A stretch of DNA of 44,357 nt, filler included, from Jimgerdemannia flammicorona (Eukaryota): the NCBI GenBank assembly GCA_003990765.1. It is 2 parts of 2 records of this genome, joined end to end, with 100 filler letters (N's around TTAATTAATTAA, not from the genome) between each part and the next. Parts side by side here need not be neighbours in the genome. Positions count along the whole stretch, not along the records: positions 22,232 to 44,357 come from RBNJ01001331.1; 1 more part is not named here. The stretch is one strand, 5' to 3'. The translations under genes and the position numbers were made by a program. How positions within the stretch are numbered: position 1 is the first letter of the stretch; each line of letters starts with the position of its first letter. This document shows, piece after piece, positions 36,493-44,357 of the stretch. Below the pieces are notes generated by a model. The model was not told where the DNA came from, did not search any database, and saw only the letters and a program-made list of their open reading frames with translations.

Positions 36493-37169
36493 TGTAAGAG
36501 GGTTGCTTTTTAGGGTAACCATTATATAGTTCTGAAAGGGTTTTCTGGAAGTTCTGGATATTCTGGAAGACTGTTTTCTTATGGTCAAGATCAATTTCAT
36601 ATAGAGTATGTCCTCTACACTTATTGATTTCAAGATCAGATTGACATCTCAACCAAAGTCCTTCTTCGGACTAGTTCTGGATGTTCAGGATTTTCCATAT
36701 TTCAGAAAGTTTAAGAAACTAAGACCAGCTTAGTTGAATTGGCATATCGCTGCAGACAATACCCAATTAGGAAATTTCATGATGGGGTTAGGAGTGGGAC
36801 CTAACAGGAAGCAGATTTACTTAAGAGTGATTTGTGGGTTATTAAATAGGTTTATTTGCTATTCATGATATTGCTATACTAGGAGTAGTTGTATAAAGGA
36901 ATATTGTGGAGAAGTGTTCAGGAATGTGTTTGGATTGTTCAAGTCTGAGATTCTGAGGTCTGGGGGAGGGGGTATTTATACTAGTGAGGGGCTATCTAGA
37001 CTATGCTAGATATAGATGTAGCACTAAGTATTTTGCTGAGTCAGAATGCAGTCACATAGTACAAGTGTGATCTGATATGTCAAGAGATTGTCTGACTGCT
37101 GAGTCAGTTTACAGTTATATCATACAAGGCTAATCTAACTATACTATGACTGCTAAGCTATTTATAGGC

Positions 37170-38267
37170 TTAGACACTGTCTGGGTAGTCTTCGATGACA
37201 TCACCATCAATGATATCATCTCTGATGAAGTAGTCATCTAGGAAGAGTAGTTCGCAGATTACTTCTCCTTGTTCACTGAGGTAGTAATACATTGGGACTT
37301 CATCACCATCCAACAGAATAGCATCATCTGTCTCATATGCTGGATAAGGTGTTGGTGGACAAAGGGGTGGTACACCATCTTCACTTTCATCAAATTCACT
37401 GTCTGCATATCTTCTATAGGTTATAGCACTATGAGTCACAGGGTTGTAGTAAGCTGGCGGCTGTGGTTCATATCGCTTGTACTCAGGTGGTGGAGTTGTT
37501 GGTTTGATCTCAAGGGTTGTCTGAAAGTACAGGTTGTGTTCTTCGGTTTCTTCATTGTAGTTGAAGTAATCGGAAGTAAACGCGGGTTGGTATTCATGCC
37601 AGTGGTCATTGTCCTAATAAGTCTCGTATGTGGTTATGAACTATTATAAGTTCATTGGCAAGGTTGGTGGTATGATCAGGGTTGGTAGAGATTCTTGGCT
37701 TGAGGTCATGTCAGCATCAGAGGGATCATTGTCTTCTGCTTTGTCTTCATCAAATTGGATTATATTGTAGATGTCCTTTATTGCATATCCGACTTGAGGC
37801 ATTTGCAAGATGTGGTCATCAGGGTGTAGGAAGGTTCTGTCTGTGGTTTCAATATACTTGAGGTACTTGTGGTTGAGTTCTTGTATCATGTCATTGATTT
37901 GGCCATAGGAAAGGGTAGCAACCATTTTGCTAGTAGTAACTCAGAGGCAGGAAATAAAGGTGCTGTATTCATAGAAGAGTTCTCAGTATTTGCAGGTGAT
38001 GAGCTTCTGGTGTTGAGACATCTGGGTGATATCTGTATCATGGTGGTGTTTGACTATATCTTCTAGAAGGTGGCCAATCTGGTAGTAGCTTGAGATTTGT
38101 CCAATTTAGTAGGCCTTGTTGAGCATGTTCAGGGCATTCCATTGGGCTTCCACAAAGTAAAGAGGTGCTAGACTATGGATATTCATGAGGGGCAGAGGAG
38201 GTGTGGCTCAGTTGACAATAGCATTCCAAATGTCAGCGCGGATGCAGTTATAGATCTCAGTGGTCAT
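37170..38267 (-). pseudogene. 365-codon accessory ORF within the U3 of the element C LTR
   Basis: ATG at 38267 and ORF-track pieces 37644-37925 and 37170-37439 are all in one frame with no frameshift. All 7 internal stops (TGA x3, TAA x2, TAG x2) revert by a single C>T. Acidic C-terminal half with PPEY and PPAY. Confidence 0.75.
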
Positions 38268-38460
38268 GTTTGTGTGTTTGGAAGTTATGATTATTATTTG
38301 TTTTTGGTTCTCTGTTTCAACATATCTCAGTACTCAGTATATATATATTTGGTTCTGATTGGTAAGATTTTGTTTGTGTAAGTCTTGTGTTCCATGACTT
38401 CATATTAACTCAGCTTTGTATGCTGTGACTTCAGTTTGACTCAGCTTTGTGATCAAGCAG

Positions 38461-38570
38461 GTGATTTCCAGATTTGTTCAGAGGTCGTATGTGATTTCGG
38501 TGGCTTGTTCAGAGGGTGATATGTGATTTCGGTGGCTTGTTCAGAGGGTGATATGTGATTTTAGTGGCTT
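38461..38570. repeat. ~32-bp tandem repeats (about 3.5 copies) at the U3 start of the element C LTR
   Basis: Unit gtgatttcggtggcttgttcagagggtgatat at 38491 and 38523, with partial/degenerate copies on either side. Confidence 0.85.
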
Positions 38571-40104
38571 GGAGGTTGTGCGCTTACAACTCTCCTCTTC
38601 TTAGCTTTCAACGTCCTCATTGGGGTCTTCTAATTTTATTCTAGTATTGTTACACCATTCAGGAGGTCAAAAGTCTGGTAAAGTCCATTTTTTTTCAGAA
38701 AGTGGCATGCTCATAGTACAGTTGCCTAATGTATTGGATTCATATATTAAAGGGTTGTGTATTCAATATCATGCACCAGAAGTGATTCTGATGTTATTCA
38801 CTACTAGAGAATTTCCTCTAAGGAATCTTCTTAAATATCTATGCCTTGTTTCCCATCAGTGGTATAGGGAGAATAGGCTGGCTTTCAGTTTTGCTATTTT
38901 TCTAGAGGATCAGTATTCTTTTATCTTGACTTGCTGAGTTCTTGATTTTGTTCGTGATAATTATAATGTTCAGGAGATAATATATAGTATGTACTGATAG
39001 GTGTCAGAGTATTCAGATTTCAATTGTTCAAGGAATCATATTCCTGAACTAAGTCAGTAGCATTCTGGAGATTGGTCTTGGGTTCCCATGTTGCATCATA
39101 GATCAGGTATTCTTTCCATTTGACAAGGTACTCAGGGTGGTTCTTGTTGCCACATTTGTTGAGGATTTGTTCAACTTTATATTCTTCTTGACCATTAACT
39201 ATGACAGGTGCAGGTGGTTCAGTGGTCCGGTTTGGGAATAGCTCATTGTCATTTTCATTATATCACTTGAGACATTGGACATTAAAGACTGGATAGATCT
39301 TAATGGTGTCTGGTAGTGCCAATTTGTAGAAAGTAGGAGAGACTTATGTGATAACTTCGAATGGTCCAATGAACTTACTGTTTAGCTTTGTAGATAGTCT
39401 GTGCTTGAGGCTATCAACTCGGTATCCTCAGATATCTAGTAGAACTTTTTCTCCAATATCAAAGGTTTCTTCTCGGTGATGTTGGTTAATGTACTGTGAC
39501 TATTGTTCTTGAGCTCATGATAAATTCTCGATTGTGATCTGGCTTAGATTACACATTCGAAGCAGGAATTCTTCAACAGCTTCAACTGTGGAGGGTTCTT
39601 CAGTGGTTCGGATAAGTGTCAAAGAGGTGTTTGGGTTTTGTCCAGTATTGGCGAAGAATGGGGTCATTCCAAGAGAGGCTTGCTTGCTGTTGTTATAGGC
39701 AAACTTAACTGCAGTGAGGTGTTCATGCCAATCATCTTGTCTGTAGGAAATATAGTTCCTCAGTATTTGTTCCAGAGTTCAGTTCATTCTTTTAGTTTAG
39801 CCATCAGTTTCAGGGTGAAAGGCTGTGGATAGTGCAAGTTTTGTTCCAAGGTGTGCATAGAGGGCTTTTCAAAAATGGCTGGTGAATTTCAGATCTCGGT
39901 CACTAATAATGATCTTAGGAAGACCATGATAGTAGAAGATATTGTCAAACAAGAGTGTGGCTATGTCTGGTGCTGTTGCAGTGGTGGTGGTTGGTACAAA
40001 GTGGGCTTATTTGCTGAGATAGTTCACAAAGACAATAATTGCATCTTTCCCATTCTTGGTTTGGGGTAGTTGTACAATGAAGTCCATAGAGATTTGTTCC
40101 CAAT

Positions 40105-40200
40105 GGAGGGGGGGGCCCCCCTAGGGGGATTGGATAGGGGTGGTTTCATTGTAATTATATAGGATAGATGAGTATTAATAAAGGAAGGAAGTCCAAGCGA

Positions 40201-40268
<68 letters not shown>
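40105..40268 (+). mobile_element. Short poly(A)-tailed retroposed insert (LINE 3' UTR or SINE-like) in the element C integrase
   Basis: Perfect TSD agagatttgttcccaat (40088-40104 / 40269-40285). AATAAA at 40177-40182. ~66-nt poly(A). Confidence 0.9.
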
Positions 40269-40272
<4 letters not shown>

Positions 40273-42854
40273 ATTTGTTCCCAATTAGCAGATGATACTG
40301 GGATAGGATGGAGTAGGCCAGGTTTTGCTAGTATTGAGGACTTGTTCCATTGGCAGGTATCACAGGAAGTGATGTAGGTCTTGAGTTGATCTGCCATATG
40401 GGGCCAATAGAAGTTTCAGGAAATAACTTCATAGCATTTGTCAAATCCTAAATGTCCAGCTGTAGGTGCATTATGATATTCAAATTGGATAGTCCTTCGG
40501 AGGTCTCAGTTGTTTGGGACATATAGTCTGTCCTTGTAGTAGATAGCATTATCCTTGAGTTGGTATTGATGGTACCAGGTATACTTGTCAGTATCATCAC
40601 TATTCAGAATTTCTCGGAATGCTTGGGCTTCTTTATCATCAGCACATGCTGTGATAATTTGTTCCATGATGGAGTTTATAACCAGGGTGAGAGTTTGGAT
40701 AACTTCTTCAATGGGTGGTCTGGAGATTGCATCTGCAACAATGTTTTCCTTGCCAGAGTGGTACTGGATTTCATAGTCAAAGTTGGTGAGGACTTTTATC
40801 TATCTGGCTTGCTTTGAGAAAGGGTAGCCTGTGTGTTGACTAATGACTTATGGTCAGTTAATACAGTGAAGTGTGCTCCTTCTAGGTAGGGTCGCCATTT
40901 GATCAGAGTGTCTATGATGGCTAACATTTCCTTCTCGTGAGTTGTGTAGTTGATTTCAGTATCATTGAACTTGTGGGAATGATAGGCCACAGGGTGTCCT
41001 TCTTGCATGAGTACTGCTCCAAGAGCTAGGTCAGAGGCATCAGTAGTAACTTCATATGGTAGAGCAGGGTTTGCCACTTGAAGTACTAGAGTGGTTATCA
41101 AGGCATCTTTCAATGCTTGAAAGGCTGTATCTTGTTCAGGTCCCCAATTTACAAGATTGTTGAAGTCTTTCTCTTGTTTCATGATCCAGGGTTATTCTTT
41201 TTTCTTACTATGCTTGGTCATTTGGGTAAGGGCAGTGGTAATTTTGGTGAAGTTGGTAACAAATCACCTATAATAGTTTGTTAATCCCAGGAATGACTGG
41301 AGGTCTTTCAGCTTCTTGGGTCTGGGCCAATCTTTGATTGCAGAGATTTTGCTGGGGTCTACTTTGATTCCATTCAGTGTAACAATGTGTCCAAGAAATT
41401 GGATTTCCTTCAGGAGAAATTCACACTTACTGAGTTTTGCAAAGAGTCAGTTTTCTTGGAGTTTTAGTAGTACTAGTTCAAGGTGTTCAAGGTGTTCCTC
41501 CAGAGTTTTGCTGAAGACTAGAATATCATCAATGTAGACAACAATGAATTTGTCTAGGTATGGGTGCAGAATGGTGTTCATCAGGGTCTGGAAGGTTGCA
41601 AGAGCATTAGTTAAGCCAAAGGGCATAACCAAAAATTTGAAGTGTCCATAGCGAGTTCAGAAGACTGTCTTGTAGATATCTTCTTCTTTTATGGCAATTT
41701 GCCAGTAACTACTTCACAGATCAAAAGAGCTCATAAATTGCAGGTTGGTAAGCCTATCAAATATATCATCAATTCTGGGTAGTGGGCAATAGTTCTTGAT
41801 GGTCTGTTTGTTGAGATCTCAGTAATCAATGCACATTCGTAGATCTCCTCCTTTCTTCACAACAAAGAGGACTGGTGCACCATAAGGTGATATACTAGGT
41901 CTGATGAATCCTTATTCTAGGAGTTCATCAATTTCTTTCTTGAGTGTATCAATTTCTCTCAGAGACATATAGTAGATTGACTTGAAGGCTGGCTTGGCAT
42001 CTGGGATGGTCTTGATGGCATGGTCTACTGCTCATTTAGGAGGTAGGCCTTTCAGAAGCTTCTTTGGAAATATGTCTCTGAATTTCTGGAGTAGTGGTCT
42101 AACATGGCTATCAATTTTGGAAAAGTCTTCTTCAGAGTTCTCGGGTTCTTCTTTGGATGGGCGAATGGAGATAGCAAAGAGAGGGCATTTTTTGGCTAAT
42201 TTCTTGAGTTGTAGCTTGTTGATATGGGTGATCTTTGGTCCAGGGTTGCTAGAACTGAGTGGGTCCTTTTCGCCTTGCAGTTTGAAGTTGTGGCATCCTT
42301 TCTTGATAGTCAGAGAATGGTTTACCCAATCAATCATGGGGTTCTCTTGTTTCAACCATGGGGTTCCAAGAATGATCTCATTGTCAGGAAGTGGTATGAT
42401 CTGGAGGGTAATATGTACTCGATAGTCACCAATTCAGAAGGGTAGGTTGCAGACTTCCTTGCTAATGATATGTGAGGTTCCATTAGCTGTAGCAACTGCT
42501 TGAGTTTGTTGTACTGGAGAGGTGAAGACCTTGAGTCTATTGGCTGTTTCTTCATTGATGAAGTTGCCTGAGATACCGCTGTCTATCATAATCTTGACAA
42601 GTGCTCAGTTAATAAAAGCTTAGAGTGTAAGCAGTTTGTCTGATCCAATGGTGGTGATTTTGGTTGTAGGAGTTTTCCTTCTCTTGATTCTTCTTTGAGC
42701 CAATTCATTGATACAAGAGAAGCAATCATCAATCATTCGGGAAGAGTACATTCCAATGCCATGAGGGCATCAGCCACTTAGTACATATCCATCTTCAATT
42801 TTCTTATAGAATTGTTCTTCTTTGTTCAAGATAGATTGGACTGGGGCCTTGTTT

Positions 42855-43265
42855 GATAAGCCAAATCCTTTGGATCCTTGGATGGTAGGTAGTAGTTCAG
42901 GGACTTTCTTGACTATCAGGGTTGATTCGATTTTTTTGAATAGGATCTGGGCAATGCAGAAACCAATAGGGATCTTGAAGGGTGTCCAACTATGGTTTTG
43001 GATGAGAATAATGATTTTGCCTGTGTAATCTTTATCAATGACTCCTCCTTCTACTGAGAGTCCTTTCAATACTAGGCTGCTGTGACAGCATATTCTTCCA
43101 ATATGTCCTTCAGGAATTTAGATGCTGATTCCTGTGTAGACTTGCTTGACTTCTTGGTTGGAAACTGTAGCTTCTTCGGCTGCATACAGGTCATATCCAG
43201 CTGCTTTTTGACTTCCTTTGGTTGGGGCCTTGGTAGTTTGTCTTAACTTGACAAAGTCCAGTATT
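42855..43265 (-). pseudogene. dUTPase domain of element C
   Basis: AAGYDL, GRICCHSSL, GGVIDKDYTG, GFCIAQI, QGSKGFGLS. Confidence 0.92.
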
Positions 43266-44195
43266 CTGGTGGTCAGATTGTTGAGGTGGTGCAGAGTAGT
43301 AATAGTTACTTGTATTGCTGTTCAGGTTTTTCAATTAGGGCAGGCACTGGCCATGTGTCCTGTCTTTCAGCAATAGAAGCATGCTTCACTTCTTCGAAGT
43401 TCATTTCTTTCTCCTTCAGTGAGTTTCTTGAAGGTACTCAGCTGGGTGGGTTCATAATTTCTGGGTATCCAAGAGGTGGATGTTAAGGGAGCTCGGGATG
43501 CTTCATGCTTGGGTTCTTCTTTCTTGGTCCAAGTCTTTTCCTTGTTGTTGAATTGTCTTTGAGGCAGAATTGGTCCAGCTGTTAGAATTTGCTTGACCAT
43601 GGTCTTGATTCTTACCAGGCACCATTGTTGGTGATCACAACCAACTGGGTGGCCTTGTTCTCAGATTTTTCTAGTAAGCCATTCAGATAGTGCATTGAAT
43701 AAATGGTCTGCTCTTGTACCATTTTGTGCTTCATCATTGGCAATATATCCTAGGCCAATAGTGTTCAGAAGTGACTCGAGTTTTGTATAGAAGGTTTCAA
43801 ATTCTTCCTTGTCATGTATATCGAATTTGAGGTTGTGGAGTTTTACTCAAGATTCAGCAATCATGGTTTCGCTGCGGTATTGAGCAATTATGAGTTGTTT
43901 GAGTCCAGGGGCTGCAGGATGGACTCCATATCCTGGGGTATTGTTTGCTGCATTCTAAGCAACTACTGTAGGTCAGGTGTCCCATGTGAGGGGTTTTTCA
44001 GGAAGGGTTCGCCACCATTCTTTGGCAGGTCCTCGGAAGAATGTAACAACTTGGCAGACATAGGCTGTAGTGGTAGCAAAGAGTTATTCTAGAGTGTGGT
44101 CTTGATTGTTTATCAGGAGGCGGTCAGCAACTTGCTCATTGGTCTATTGATTGACTTTGAAGTTGGTGTCAACTACACTAATGAAGTGTTGGACT

Positions 44196-44197
<2 letters not shown>

Positions 44198-44246
<49 letters not shown>

Positions 44247-44332
44247 GTCTCTTGGACTGCCCTTTATTTCCGAGTCTATAGTGTTTACAATATTATTCAC
44301 CCACCCATTCATTCAATGCCCCGGGGGCCTTT
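44198..44332 (-). mobile_element. Second short poly(A)-tailed insert, related to 40105-40268, in element C gag
   Basis: Minus strand ends AATAAAGGGCAGTCCAAGAGACTAT-poly(A). TSD not resolvable at the window edge. Confidence 0.7.
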
Positions 44333-44357
44333 TCTTTTTTTTTTTTTTTTTTTTTTG

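Larger units (their letters stand above)
36493..38588 (-). repeat. 3' LTR of element C (2096 bp)
   Basis: TGTAAG...CTTACA inverted termini. Starts right after the PPT and the GAGGACGTTGA motif shared with element A, and ends exactly where element B pol is broken. TATAAATA at 36980-36973, AATAAA at 36856-36851. The partner LTR is not in the window. Confidence 0.8.
39020..44197 (-). pseudogene. Gag-dUTPase-PR-RT-RH-IN-chromodomain polyprotein of element C
   Basis: ORF fragments starting at 43600, 43069, 42355, 41632 and 41182 share a frame; canonical motifs occur in Gypsy order. Confidence 0.92.
36493..44357 (-). mobile_element. Gypsy chromovirus element C with dUTPase and a 2.1-kb LTR; 5' end beyond the window
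   Basis: Knuckle CFYC*KTGHMASAC, dUTPase, protease IDSG, RT YIDD, RH TDAS, IN, chromodomain EYLVKWKEY. PPT at 38602-38590. LTR at 36493-38588. Confidence 0.92.

Noticed and set aside
37170..38267. Envelope (env) gene interpretation of the extra ORF
   Set aside because: No signal peptide or transmembrane helix is visible, and it lies inside the LTR rather than before the PPT.
38600..39000. Possible further small ORF between the element C chromodomain and PPT
   Set aside because: Many stops in all frames and no recognisable motif.

Overview
Eukaryotic, intron-rich fungal DNA. A Mucoromycota-like origin is inferred from the AVL9 sequence, the TE types and the RI-like LRR exon repeats, not established. 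Unmutated gene islands (1-2.0 kb; 14.2-22.1 kb) carry a 3-exon hypothetical gene, a single-exon secreted protein, and a head-to-head DUF202/AVL9 pair. They alternate with transposon nests that have been heavily eroded by C>T/G>A transitions. Nest 1 (2.1-14.2 kb) is a decayed gene of 84-nt LRR exons. It was hit by a poly(A) LINE fragment (itself carrying a hAT MITE), a full-length dUTPase-encoding Ty3/Gypsy chromovirus and a further small insert. After an artificial N/TTAATTAATTAA linker come a near full-length LINE, a possible Mutator-like relic and three nested Gypsy elements. The most notable observation concerns the innermost Gypsy element. It has Gag-dUTPase-protease-RT-RNaseH-IN-chromodomain in its polyprotein and a ~2.1-kb LTR whose U3 contains a 365-codon ORF with its own promoter-like signals and two PPxY motifs, an MMTV-like layout in a fungal chromovirus. 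All alignments and translations were done by eye; no database searches were run.
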